DNA of 64,000 nt from Lingula anatina. Its lineage: Eukaryota; Animalia; Brachiopoda. The position numbers and the translations under genes were made by a program. This document shows positions 23,401 through 36,178 of the stretch, in pieces. The stretch is taken from the NCBI GenBank assembly GCA_051362555.1, contig CM120648.1, positions 10,288,587 to 10,352,586 of the forward strand, in the 5' to 3' direction. The notes below the pieces were generated by a model. It saw nothing but the letters and a program-made list of their open reading frames with translations. It ran no database searches and had not been told where the DNA came from. Positions within the stretch are counted from its first letter, which is position 1. Every line of letters begins with the position of its first letter.

Positions 23401-26400
23401 TGATTGCCCACCAATTTCAATGTCTGTGAGGTTGGATCCAACTGTAGAGGTAGCATCAGGATTCCTCCTCATCGGTACACACTGCTGGATGGTCACATAC
23501 AAAAACCCAACAATTATTGATAGACCAAGTGGTATACCAACACCTAGCCCTACAGCCAGTCCCTTATCCCATTCCACAGGAGATGATAGTGTGAATGCAT
23601 CTACTGTGACAGCATCAGTTAGCTCTACTTCCCAATTCCCTTCATCAGGAAATGATTGTGTGGGTGCATCTATTGTGACAGCACCATCACTGGTACTGCA
23701 TAGAGAAACATCTGAAAAGAGAATTTGTTCCACTTTTTTTTAAAACTAGAGGATCAGAGAGGCGATACCGCCTCCAAATATTGTACCACCAGCTGGAGCA
23801 AGCGCATTCGTATAGACCCCCACATACACAAAATAAGGGACACAGCCACCAGTTTTGTGCTTGACAAGCTGTAAAAATGCAATCAAGAAGAATTTTAAAA
23901 CTATTGCAAAAAATATATATGGTACAATCAAATTTAAGTTCTTCGTAAGGTAGGTCAAGGGTCAATTTCAAGGTCACAGTAAATTGCCAGTATATGACTT
24001 CCTATTCAAGTTCAAGAGTAACTATGGACCTATCTCTGTCAAGTTTGAAGTTAAAAGAGAAAGAAATTAGCAGAGTTCAGTTCATGATAAAAAGTAGGTC
24101 AAAGGTCAATTTCAAGGTCACACTTAGATTGCCAGTATAGGACTTCCTATTCAACTTCAATAGTAACTATGGACCTATCTCAGCCAGTTTTGGAGATAAA
24201 AGGGAAGCAAAATTTGCAAAATTCAGTTCATGGTGAAAAGTAGGTCAAAGGTCAATTTTAATGTCACATATAGATTGCCAGTATATGACTTTCTATTCAA
24301 GTTCAATGGTAACTAGGGACCTATCTCTGCCAGTTTTGGAGATAAAAGGGAAACAAAATTTGCAAAGTTCAGTTTATGGTGAAAAGTAGGACAAAGGTCA
24401 ATTTAAATGTCACATTTATAATGCCAGTATATGACTTCCTATTCAAGTTCAATAGTAACTACGGACCTATCTCAGCCAGTTTTGGAGATAAAAAGAAAGC
24501 AAAATTTGCAAAATTCAGTTCATGGTGTAAAGTAGGTCAAAGGTCAATTTTAAGGTCACATTTAGATTGCCAGTATATGACTTCCTTTTCAAGTTCAATA
24601 GTAACTATGGACCTTTCTCAGCCAGTTTTGGAGATAAAAGGGAAGCAAAATTTGCAAAGTTCAGTTCATGGTGAAAAGTAGGTAAAAGGTCAATTTCAAG
24701 GTCACATTTAGATTGCCAGTATATGACTTCCTATTCAAGTTCAATAGTAACTATGGACCTATCTCTGCCAGTTTTGGAGATAAAAGGGAAGCAAAATTTG
24801 CAAAGTTCAGTTTATGGTGAAAAGTAGGTCAAAGGTCAATTTTAAGGTCACATTACGATTGCCAGTATATGACTTCCTATTCAACTTCAATAGTAACTAT
24901 GGACTTATCTCTGCCAGTTTGGAGATAAAAGGGAAGAAAATTTTGCAAAGTTCAGTTCATGGTGAAAAGTAGGTCAAAGGTCAATTTTAAGGTCACATTT
25001 AGATTGCCAGTATATGACTTCCTATTCAACTTCAATAGTAACTATGGACCTATCTCTGCCAGTTTTGGAGATAAAAGGGAAGCAAATTTTGCAAAGTTCA
25101 GTTTATGGAGAAAAGTAGGTCAAAGGTCAATTTTAAGGTCACATTTAGATTGCCAGTGTATGATTTCCTATTCAAGTTCAATAGTAACTACGGACCTATC
25201 TCAGCCAGTTTTGGAGATAAAAGGAAAGCAAAATTTGCAAAATTCAGTTCATGGTGAAAAGTAGGTGAAAGGTCAATTTTAATGTCACATATAGATTGCC
25301 AGTATATGACTTCCTATTCAAGTTCAATAGTAACTACGGACCTATCTCTGCCAGTTTTGGAGATAAAAGGAAAGCAAAATTTGCAAAATTCAGTTCATGG
25401 TGTAAAGTAGGTCAAAGGTCAATTTTAAGGTCACATTTAGATTGCCAGTATATGACTTCCTATTCAAGTTCAATAGTAACTATGGACCTATCTCTGCCAG
25501 TTTTGGAGATAAAAGGGAAGCAAAATTTGCAAAGTTCAGTTCATGGTGAAAAGTAGGTCAAAGGTCAATTTCAAGGTCATAGTAAGATTGCCAGTATATG
25601 ACTTCCTATTCAACTTCAATAGTAACTATGGACCTATCTCTGCCAGTTTTGGAGATATAAGGGACTAGATGTTATAATTTTGGAGTTACCATAATGTGCC
25701 TTAAATTTCGTACAGAAAAAATTAATTAAAATAAAGAAAATGTCATTTTGGTCAAAATTCTTGAAATAGGAGGTGCTCTGAAGTTTCAGAAGTTCAAATT
25801 TGATGAAATAATGTCATTTTTGAACACAAGTTGTCTGCTTTGCCAAGCCTTATGTTTTATTTTTCCAGAGTTCAAAATTTATTATCCATTACCGTACTGC
25901 ACATTTTGCTTTTACCACCAATATGTACTTTTTGATACAGCGTAACTCAAAAACCGTATGGAATACAAAAAATCTAGCATTAACGGTTCCCGAATTAGAG
26001 ACAGTTTTCAGTTTCGGTATCTTATGGCCGCTACTCCCGTGAAAATGCACCAATTGACCCCAAATTCATGGTGATGAAAGATGACCTGAAGGGTAACACT
26101 TTCCAATAAAATTATTGGTTAAGTCTGTGTGGTGTCTGAATAACAGGGAAAAAAAAATTTTTTTCGTAAAAAATTTCATTTTTTTGAAAATTTTGGCCCA
26201 TTTGACCTTGAAGTAGAGGTCAAAGGTCAAATCCAAGGGTATATTTGAAATCTACACATATGACTTTTGGAAAGCCGTCTATAGAAATTTTTCCCATAAC
26301 TCCTTCCGTAGGGTAGATAATTAGCATTTAATTTTGCCATTTTTAGACAAGGGTGCATTGCAATGAGTGCCACACCCAGACCCCAATACCGACAAAGCCC

Positions 26401-27341
26401 AAATTTTACGTGGAACGAGTTGAGATTATAGGTGACCTAAATCCATGAGATGGGTACGGGGGCCCTTACCGTCTAGGAGGAGAAGCGGTAACGGTAGCCG
26501 TCCGGCGTAGCCGGCAGAGCCGGCGGAACGATCCGGACGGGACCGAAACCATGTGTACCGCCAGCGCTAACGCTGGTGGTACAATTAATATTATGATAAG
26601 GTTTATTTGGGTTAAAAGCTGAAGGACTGTGAAAGTATTCTATTCACACACGTACTTGAATGAAGTCAAAAGTTAAAGATGTGTTGGCTGCTTTCATTAG
26701 GTCTGTGAAAGTTATCTTCAAGAGTTTCTTAATTGAAAGTAAAAGAGATAAACACGAAAAAAATGTTATTTTGGCTAGCAATATGTAACAAATATCTGAT
26801 CGAAAATTGAACAAAGCAACATTTTCGATTTTGGAGCCGAGACAGCAGTTCTGTTGCTTTGACTTCATTCAAGTATGTGTGAATAGTATACTTCCACAGT
26901 CCCTCAGCTTTGAACCCAAATAAACCTTATCATAATATTATGTTATTTCAACTATCATGGTTTAAATTTAAGTCTATTTATAGTTTAAAATCCTCAGTAG
27001 TAGTGTAAAATATGACTGGACATATTGAGTAATCTCCACAGTATCTACATACAGAAGATGACCACCTTGTTTCAAAAAAGCTTTTGTTTTTCCAGTACTT
27101 TAAATAGACAAACATGCTAAGGGTATTGTAAGCCTTTATTAGATAGTATATTAGTAGATAAGGAGCTTTTGGCAAAGGCTAGCAGCATCCTTAGCCTAAG
27201 GCACAGATAAATATTTAAATATAGATGATCAGAAGTTTAGTAAATGCCACCATTCATAAGGAAAACTGTTACTAATAATTAATTTTTCCATTTCAAAATT
27301 CCCAGGGCACTCTGGCAGTAGGTACCTATGACCCTTCAAGA

Positions 27342-27381
<40 letters not shown>

Positions 27382-27731
27382 TTACAATGGAATCTACTTA
27401 GAGACTGAATCTATTAAAGGAAACACACATTTGTTAATATGTGCATTTACATGTAAATAGAAGAATTGGTTGAAGCTCCATACCTTGACTGCATTTGTTA
27501 TCCATCGTTTCATTGCCCTCGATCAACATGCATTCGCAGCTGGAAAATAAAGAACATGTAATTAAAGAAATTGGTTTTGTCATAACAACACTGCAGACAG
27601 GGATGTCGCCTCTTTGTTATATTAAAAATAATAATAAAAAACAAAACTGTCATTATTTATGAGTACAGAAAATGAACAAATTGACTTTTGAGGTAGAGTT
27701 CATTGCCTCACATAATCCTCCCTTCTCACTT

Positions 27732-27765
<34 letters not shown>

Positions 27766-30485
27766 ATGTGCATGCATGCGTGTGTTATATATTACATTAC
27801 ATTACATTACATTACATTACATTACATTACATTACATTACATCATATTAAAAAGTATTTTTTTCTCACATCTGATCTCACCCCCATGGATTCCCAGAAAA
27901 TGAAACAATCATTTTTCAACAACAGAATGAAAATCTACATTAACTAACGAAATAAAATCATATTAATCAATTCTCACTGTTATTTGATAGCAATTTTATC
28001 CACTTTATTAACTTACATTGTTCTTTTTTTGCAGGGTTTATTGTCCTCTTTGTCTGAAAAATAGCCCACACTGCACCATCGGCAACCTAAAATATACATG
28101 CCACTATCAGTAATATGTGCCACAATTGAGAGATAAAACTGAATCTCATTTGTTGAAAAAATGTACATTTTCACTTAATATTTCAGATAAAAGATAAGCT
28201 AATTTTAAAAATGAAAATTAAGAAATAAAAAAATTCCTACTATTTCCTTCAGGTTCCTGTCCAACAGGGCATATGTTTTCAATGCATGTATGGAAACCAG
28301 TTTCTTTGAATCCCTCCAAGCATGTCCCACATACTGACTTTGTGGTAGAGCTCCCTCTAATGACATATTCCTTGTGGTTACTCGTACAATTCAAACTGAA
28401 AGAAAATGAACATGAATCATTCATCTTTATTTACCTAATATGAATTCATTGTCAATTTAAACAGTTATTACTGCTGTGGGAATTTATACTGTGCATTCCA
28501 CGTTAATAAATGATTTTAAATGATTTATGATTAAATCATAAGTGAAGTATCTAAATCTAATGGTTGTCTTACAAGATGTAGGACAGTACAAGCATCAGTC
28601 AACCCTCCACCATTCCCTTTTCACCCACCCTTTTTCTCTTGTCTCTTATACTGCACATACAGGGGCGGATTTAGGCCGTCTTCTGGGTCTTCCGGAAGAC
28701 AGTCAGATTTTCAAGTTTACATTGACGGATATCCAATTTTTCATGTTGGAAGATGGTCAAAATTAGAGGGTGAATCAACAAAGATAATTTGGAAGACTGT
28801 CAGAAAATAACATATGTAAAAAAGCTGAATCCTTTTTAATTGTCATTATCAGGGATGGATCCAGTGATACTTTCTGACAGTCTTCCAAATTTTCTTTGAT
28901 CAGTCCACCATTTTAGACTGTCTTCTGACAGAAAAAAATAGTTACCGTCAATGTTAACTTGAAAATCTGACTGTCTTCCGGAAGACCTAGAAGACAGCCT
29001 CAATCCCCCCTGATTATACAAACACAGTTCTCATCAGTTTTCTAAATCTTATCTTCCCACAATCATGCTTTTGTTACCGTCCACAAACTCACTTCACAGT
29101 ACAAGCTACGCGGTCACTAAGAGTAGTTTGCTGAGATTGAAAGTGGCCTTCAGGACAGGGCATACAGCTGGAAGATGATGGGTCACCTGGATTGCAGGGT
29201 TCGGCTTGGGTCCCTGAAAGTTAAGATTGGAAAGTATACATGTATGCTAATAAAACCAATAGCAATTAACATTTTATTTACATATTCTGGTAGCTAATGG
29301 GGGTAGTGCTTGACATTACTAGCGTGATAATGATAAGTGAAATTTCTATTCTTCGTAAAATGTGCAGGATATGTCAGCAGCAGGTGTGATATAATACTAG
29401 TAGGCATACTGGACATGTCTGATACTATGCCAGGCAGGGGTGGATCCAGAGATATAATCTGACAGGTTTCCAAATTATTTTTGTTGATCCATCCACCATC
29501 TTTGACCATCTTTCGACAAAAAAAATTAGATACCGGTCAATGTAAACTTGAAAATCTGACAGTCTTTCGGAAGACCCAGGAGACGGGCCTGAATCCGCCC
29601 TTGCCAGGTGTGTCAATTTTTTGACAAATTAACAAGGAAAAAAGGCTGGATTTTCATACAACCTCCTAATCTGTCTATTACGCACACATAAAAACACACA
29701 ACCATACGTACAGAAACAGAGAAAGGGAGAGATTGAATTTGAAATTAGGAAAGAGAGAGATAGCTAGAAAACAAAGTCCTACTAGTACCTGGTGGACAAG
29801 TTATGTCCATACAGCATACTGGCTGACTGCTGCCAGGTGGTAAAATCTCTGTTTGACCAACCCCACACTGAAGACCACCAACATTGATTATCTGACCGGA
29901 GATAAAAATGAGGAAAAGCGTTTCCTTCCATGAAATTCCGAGTACCTGAAAATTGCCAAAAGAATTGCAGATGTAATGTGAGCCCAGTTGACTTGATTCC
30001 ATATGGAATAGTTTATAATAGCTTTCCTAGCAACAATTTATGTTAGTTCTTTTCAACTCCTGATTTACAGCTGGTGAACAATTAACTAATTTCACATAAA
30101 CTGTAAGTCCTGCCATGGCAATGAGAACCCCATTACTGTTCATGACTGTATAAAAGTCCCATTCTAAAAATAGGTTCCTAAAAATGGCCTTTGCCTTACG
30201 TAGGTACGCACTCACGGACAAGCGAGAATGCAGAATTCGACCCCTCATTTCCTGTAAAGGCTTATAGCACAGTTTTAAATCAAATTAAAATTTATGCAAC
30301 GTTATTACTAATGATGAGCGAAAAGCATTACTGAGTACTCATGCCTCTTTGATGCCCCCTCATTGCGGTAGGTGTGTAAGATAAATGTGTTAAGAATTAG
30401 ATTTCACCTTTCACAACTTTAGTCTCCTTCTCTCTCAGTCCATGTTTATGGTTGAAATAATATCTACCTGGTGGATAGTCTGCAT
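20467..30485 (-). CDS. TNFR-superfamily-like type I membrane protein, gene A (paralog of gene B), about 474 aa, TRAF-binding PIQES motif, no death domain
   Basis: Ten phase-compatible GT-AG exons: 30468-30485 (MQTIHQ), 29789-29945, 29093-29213, 28241-28395, 28017-28086, 27484-27539, 23400-23711 (TM GLAVGLGVGIPLGLSIIVGFLYV), 22322-22357, 21140-21178, 20467-20927 (ends NYDI-TAA). They total 1425 nt with an open frame. CRDs include CCMDITCPPG..C..SSCMPCPEGHF and NCTS..GSSTTKSVCGTCLEGF..CPVGQEP..CRWCSVGYFS..PCKKRT. Confidence 0.88.
23746..26585 (-). mobile_element. Non-autonomous Helentron/DINE-1-like (HINE) element with an internal satellite array
   Basis: Read on the minus strand: 5' subTIR ATTGTACCACCAGC with an adjacent inverted copy (26555-26585), a CCGG/CCGT-rich stretch, a central 146-bp tandem array, the 3' subTIR (23780-23793), hairpin GAGGCG-gtat-CGCCTC, and terminal CTAG followed by Ts. 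The same ends occur at 18946-19492. Confidence 0.8.
23947..25662. repeat. About 12 copies of a 146-bp tandem repeat
   Basis: 'aagtaggtcaaaggtcaatttt/caaggtcacatttagattgccagtatatgacttcctattcaagttcaatagtaactatggacc' recurs at about 24092, 24238, 24385, 24530, 24676, 24822, 24967, 25113, 25259, 25405 and 25551, with a partial copy at about 23947. Confidence 0.97.
26587..26939. mobile_element. Palindromic MITE with about 85-bp TIRs, directly abutting the Helentron-like element
   Basis: 'aatattatgataaggtttatttgggtt.aaagctga.ggactgtg.aagtat.ctattcacaca.tacttgaatgaagtcaaa' is mirrored at 26857-26939. Confidence 0.75.
27734..27841. repeat. (GT)n and (ATTAC)n microsatellites (others at 4165-4194, 8360-8393, 8716-8785, 18698-18745, 21055-21079, 21306-21357, 27345-27378, 47020-47153, 54799-54853)
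   Basis: Simple repeats directly visible in the sequence. Confidence 0.95.
28660..29604. mobile_element. Three copies of a 150-170-bp hAT-like MITE (28660-28805 +, 28850-29012 -, 29435-29604 -)
   Basis: Shared 'caggggcggattcaggc.gtct.ctgggtcttccg.aagac.gtcagattttcaagttt/aacattgac.g' in both orientations. The span includes gene A exon 29093-29213. Confidence 0.7.
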
Positions 30486-30489
30486 AATT

Positions 30490-30900
30490 TACAAATATAA
30501 TGAGTTGAATGACGATGCAATTTAAACAAAATACCAAACATACGTTTGTCCAGTTTTCTTCTTTCCGATGTTTCCTTACATTTTAGAACTGTTTCACAAT
30601 AATACCGAAAACATATAGAAATATAACAAACAGTCGAACAAAGTAAATTTCAATCTCTTATTTCAAACAAATTTCAGTTTTTATAAGTTTTCGACCGAAG
30701 ACCCGCATTAAACAACTCTCGGTCGTTCTATTGGGTATTTTTTAAATTGGGTCAAGGCCACTATTCAGGGTTATGGATGACTACATGGAGCAATTATTAC
30801 TGTTATCGATGTCCTGTAAGCGAGATTGGACTGATAAGATTTACGCTTCACACCACCAAATACTTCACGATGCTTTAATGTTTTACTAACAACGCAGGTA
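30490..30900. promoter_or_regulatory. Putative bidirectional promoter between TNFR-like gene A and the RhoGEF gene
   Basis: The gene A ATG is at 30485 on the minus strand. CpGs are locally elevated around 30690-30960, and a plus-strand donor CAG|GTAGGT at 30897/30898 could end a non-coding first exon of the RhoGEF. Inference only. Confidence 0.4.
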
Positions 30901-33836
30901 GGTTTATCAGATCGTAAAAAAAGGTCATTTTTACCGTTCATCAAAACAGGTGTCCGTACGCCGTCTTAAATAGCTGTGAGTTTAGCATAGTGTGCGTCAT
31001 GATTTATTTACAAAAATACTTCAGCCCCTTGTTTTTGTGTTTACGGACCATTTAGAAGAAGGAATGAGATATAGTGAATACATTTCATTTTATTTTTATT
31101 TTTTATTCTGGACCTTTGAAAATACTAGGAGTCACATTGGATACCTAGGAAGTTTTTGAGAGAGTTGCCCTAGTATTTCTGGGATGGCTTCAATTTAAGC
31201 CTTTGCATTGCACATAAATGCAAATAATATATTTTGTGTTGTTGTTTTTGGTGGCTTGGATTCGTATTAATGTTACAAATAATCAACAGAACGACTTCCT
31301 GTAGTTAAAGTACATGTAATAATTATTACCAGTGAATGTGATGTTTAAGAGGATGCAAGTTATGTATATACAGTGTATGGACAACTAACAGGAAGGAAAC
31401 CATTTAGATAAAGTACCTGATGACAAATCGAAATTGATCACCTGAATGTAGTATACGATGAGGAGTGCTTTCAGTCCTTTCATTAGACAATTACACATAC
31501 TGTAAAACACCTGTAAATGATGATAAATGCAGTAATTGGTTCATCCATATACAGCATTTCCCCCAGAGGTGAGCACTGCATGGTCTCAGTGAAAACATAC
31601 CTGAGGATCATACCTGCCTTTTACCAGGGCCACATTGAGATTTTATTTCACTTACTGGTATATATTTACACATATATCTCTGCATGGTTTATTCTGTGTA
31701 CATTTTTTGTACCTGGAGAAAATTACTAGAAGGGTTTCAAATGCCTCCCCCCCCCCCCCCCCCCTCAAAAAAATTATAATAATGAAAATATAACAGAATG
31801 GCCCATTGTTTTACCAAACTTGTATGGATAGAGACAGACAAATATGCATGAAGTAAGATTCTTTCTCCTTTTCTTGTTATAAATCCAGCATGATCCAAAG
31901 GCTGTAGGGATATCAAAATCATGACAAAAGTCATTCAGGGGGTAGGATATTTTCTTTTCTATTTTATAATATATTATATAGTACTTTATCCTTCATTGAC
32001 TGAGCTGGCCTTGGGTTTGACAGCCTCTAAAGACTCACCTGTACAGCCAGAAACATCTGGTTAGTTTTAATTGATGCTTAATAAGGGTATAAACTAGAGA
32101 GGTTGAGGGGAGAGAGGGAGGGAAGGAGGGCAATCATCATTCTTTTTGAACTGTGGATGGTAGAGAAATAGAGGAGGGTCATTGTAAGGGTTAAAACTAC
32201 TAGCATAGATTAAGGAGAAAATGCTGGGTAAAGTCAGACATAGGGAAACTGCCTGCCCGGCCATGACTACTTGAAATACCACAGCACCTGCCAGATTTTT
32301 AGTTAATATTGCAGGTTCTCTTAACTAACAAAGTTAATGTAAACAGTCACAAAGTTTATGGAAAAATACAATGCATAATAACGAATGACATGATGATGCA
32401 AACAGAGACTAACGAGGACCTGCAGATCTCTTGTAGGGCAGGTCCTCATGACTTTCAATGCCTCCACAAAGTTTTCACTATGTCTGGTAAATATTCTGAA
32501 ATTCAGTTTATTATAGACTGACAGAGTACAACACAAGTCACAAATGAGTTTGAATGTGATTATAAATTCACTTAGTATGCCTTTTTTGCTTGACAACTGT
32601 TTCGTGCAGCTACTAATAAGTACATTACTGAGATGTGATAAGTCGTTGTAATACAGTAGCTGCATGAAACATTTGTGAAGCAAAGAAAAAAAATCCAGTA
32701 CTTGTAATTTGACTAAAAACAGTGTCAGTCTTATACTGTAAATGCGATATGGTTCTGACAGCTGATTTTGTCATTGTCTGGAGTTGACAACAAGGGGAGA
32801 ATAAGCTTCTTTGTTCAGGGTCTAAATATTTATGTCCGTATATCGTGTAACACATATCAAGAGCAAGCATTCTCTTTTAAACACGTTTTTGCTTTGTTTT
32901 GGTGAATGCTGAGCCATTGATCTGGGTATTCTGAACATTTCACTGTCTGCTATTGCATTTAAAGTTGTTAACATGGGCCTAGTTAAAAAAAGTACAGTAA
33001 TTAAATTATGAGGATGGAGCTGGATTTCCTGCTCCCCCCCCCCCCCCAAAAAAAAAAAAAAAAAGGAAAAAAAAACTGTTGTTAGATAGCCTTAATACAA
33101 CCCTGGTGTGTTTTCTCAAAATAACTGTTGACCAAAAATTGGTCCGAACTTTAACTTTAGACCAAACATTTCAGTCCAATTTATTTTTGCATAAAAAATT
33201 ATAGTAAAATTGTGATAGTAAATTATTTTATAAAATAGATATTTTTTTAGCTAGGCATTTCCTTCTTTTTGTAAACAGGCACTTTGAACATTCATTTAAG
33301 TCTTAAAGTTGGGACCAACCTTCGATCTAAAACTATTTTGTGAATTGGGTCCCTGCTGTCTGTGTCTGCCCTTGGTTTCTCATGTGTAAGACAGAGCATG
33401 AGGAGATGTAGTATTAATGATATATAGGCTAATGACGCCCCTTGGGTTCTCTATCACATCTGGTAGCAATCTTAGTCATTGGGCATGTTCACTCAGGACA
33501 CAGATGGATCGTTCTTTGTATTGATTCTGAATATTATTGGTTCTACTACATTTTTATGAAAGGCTAATATGACCTAACAATTATATACACTAACAATGAT
33601 AAGGTATGCCAAATGTTCTTTGAAGGTGGTAATCAGACCCTTAGACATGTTATAAAATTATTGTACTTATTGCGTTCCTGTGAGGTGTACTTAGCAGTTT
33701 GTGTCCAATATGCTTTGGGTTATAAATACTTGAAACTTTTGAAATCAGAAGTATTTGAGTGAATCATCTTTATAATTAGTAAAATGGTTCAATTGTGTGA
33801 TGTTTAGATCAAAAGTACAGATGATATTTAGTAGTG

Positions 33837-34013
33837 TCTGGGGTAGCGCTAGCAATTTTTTTTGCTTAGCCAAATCACCAATTTTTTTTGTCAATTTGTT
33901 ATCAAAATGGTTATAATTTGACTAAAACAAGTCAAATTAGGCCCTTTTTCTTTAGCCACTTTAAGTCAGTTTTAGCATTTGGCTAAATTGGAGAGTGTTA
34001 GCGCTACCCCAGA
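33837..34013. mobile_element. Small MITE-like inverted-repeat element
   Basis: tctggggtagcgcta ... tagcgctaccccaga, with further subterminal symmetry (ttagccaaat / atttggctaa). Confidence 0.6.
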
Positions 34014-36178
34014 GTGTATATAGCTGAGAAGAGTGAAGGAAAATATTAAGTGGGGAGAAAGAGAGATCAATAAATTAATTAAATTGTTATGTAATATCAG
34101 TTTGGTTGTAGATTCAAATACTGGATCGTTTTTGGTTTGGTATGAATGCATCCTGAGGTATTGTTTATGTCTTCTTGCCCCAGTGCTCAAGATACTGAGG
34201 TCCTGGACTCTCTCTTTTTTTCTAGCATTTTTTTTTCTGCACAGTAGTAGTATAGTTAAATATTTACTAGTAAATATTTTGAACACTGTAGTATCACATT
34301 TTTAATTAACAGATTGATCTAATTAATTTTGGACAAATTTGATGGTCACATCGACTCACATGCTTATTTACATGACAGTTATTGTATTATAACATTTTTA
34401 CCAAACACTGTTAGTGTTTTAATTGTTGGTTAAAAAAAGAAAAAAAAAACTTGCAAAATTGAAGAGGGGATTTGACATTAAGTGATAGTGTAGCTTTAGA
34501 GTTATGCATCTTTGGCTACATTATCAAGTGCAAAATTACTGTAAAATATTAGATTAATTAATGATTACAGAATGACAGCAAAATAAAAATTAAAAAATCG
34601 TAATAACAATGAAAGCAATAAACATTGTAAATATTATTCACAAAATGTAAAAGTATAATGGTATGGTATGATATAAAGAGACCATTAAATAGGAAGGCAA
34701 TTCTAATGGAGTTAACACTGTTTACTAATTGCTAGTGTGAACGGCCTTTAGGTCTTTGTGTCTTTCTGTCTATTGATCATAAATTAGAGTTGGAGATGGG
34801 CCTCCATGGTGGGGGGGGGGGGGGGGGGGGCATACAGACATTTATTTTGTTATATTGGGGAAAAGTGAGTGCTGCTCATATTTAAGTGCTTGGGGGTAGG
34901 GGGTTGGTTTAGTTTGTGTATGAGTGACAGTCAATTTTAAATTGCATATTTCATTTACTATATATATATTCGTGTTCCATTTCTCTTTGCTTATCTCATG
35001 ATAGGGCAACTGTCCGTTATCTATTTTGTTTATTTAAGCTGATAAAGCAAGCTTTAAAAACATATTGACTTTATAAATGTATGTTATACGACAGTCACTT
35101 TCCGTAGCTCTCTACTGATTTTTTATATACAGGTATGTACAGTATATAATACTAGTAATTTCAAAGAAATGTGTGGAATGAAAGGGAGGGGGGGTGGGGG
35201 GGGGGGGAGAGCTGGGCAGGTTAAGAACATAATGGGCTTTTCACCCAATACACCTTTCCAGAGGACTGTAAATCAAATATGTCAAGGAGAAAACAATGCA
35301 AGTATACAACATGTATAATATATTTAAAAGGAAATAAGTCAAGTCTGTTGTGTAATGATAAAGCCTTTAAATCTTTCATGTCTGTGCACTCTAGGCCTGT
35401 TTCACAAATGAAATTTGGATCGATTGTTGGTCTAAACATGAAGTCAAAAATTTGGTCGACTTTGAACCCAGGATGAATTTTGTCTTTTTGTAGCAAAAAA
35501 TGATGTCACATCAGTTTAAGACCAATAGTCTTTCTGATCTACTAGTATTTGACTACTGTCAGAGTTATGAGTAAAACTTAGTGTAAAAGTTGGGACTGAG
35601 TTTCTGTCTAAAGTTATGTTGTGACCAACCCGGCTTGTTTTGTCATAACATCCATACATTTAGTACTGCGGCTATTCTATGAGGAAATGCATGCAAGAAC
35701 AGATTAAATTTTCTTTCCTTTTGTTTATAATTTACAATACATCATTTAAAGGCATTATTTTTTCATTCATATTAGTATGATTGTCTCCTGAAATCCATTT
35801 ACGGGGGTATGTATTTTGTACTTCAGGACACATAAGAATGGACATCATTGAAATTTTGAAGTTTATTTCAAGGTTGTTTATGATATGTTATTATCATGTA
35901 TACATTCAGTACTGTGGGGCTGATAGTTTCAGTCACATCATTAAGTTATCTGTGTTCTGAATCTCAGGTGCACATGATACATGTATGGTAATTGTCCAAT
36001 AAATTTGTACAACAGATAAATGTCCTCTTTCCAAAACTATCTTAGGCATAATTTCAACAAGTTTTATTAGAAAAATCAGAAAATATTCTGAACATAGACA
36101 CCACAGAGTTGTGGGAACCTACATATTATGAAAATTGATCTGATAACATCTTTGGAAATATTAGGGTGTGTGAAATTT

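Noticed and set aside
23947-25662. CRISPR-like array, or protein-coding ORFs 24376-24681, 24959-25264 and 25296-25556
   Set aside because: The whole 146-bp unit repeats with no unique spacers and no cas genes. The ORFs are by-products of the satellite period.
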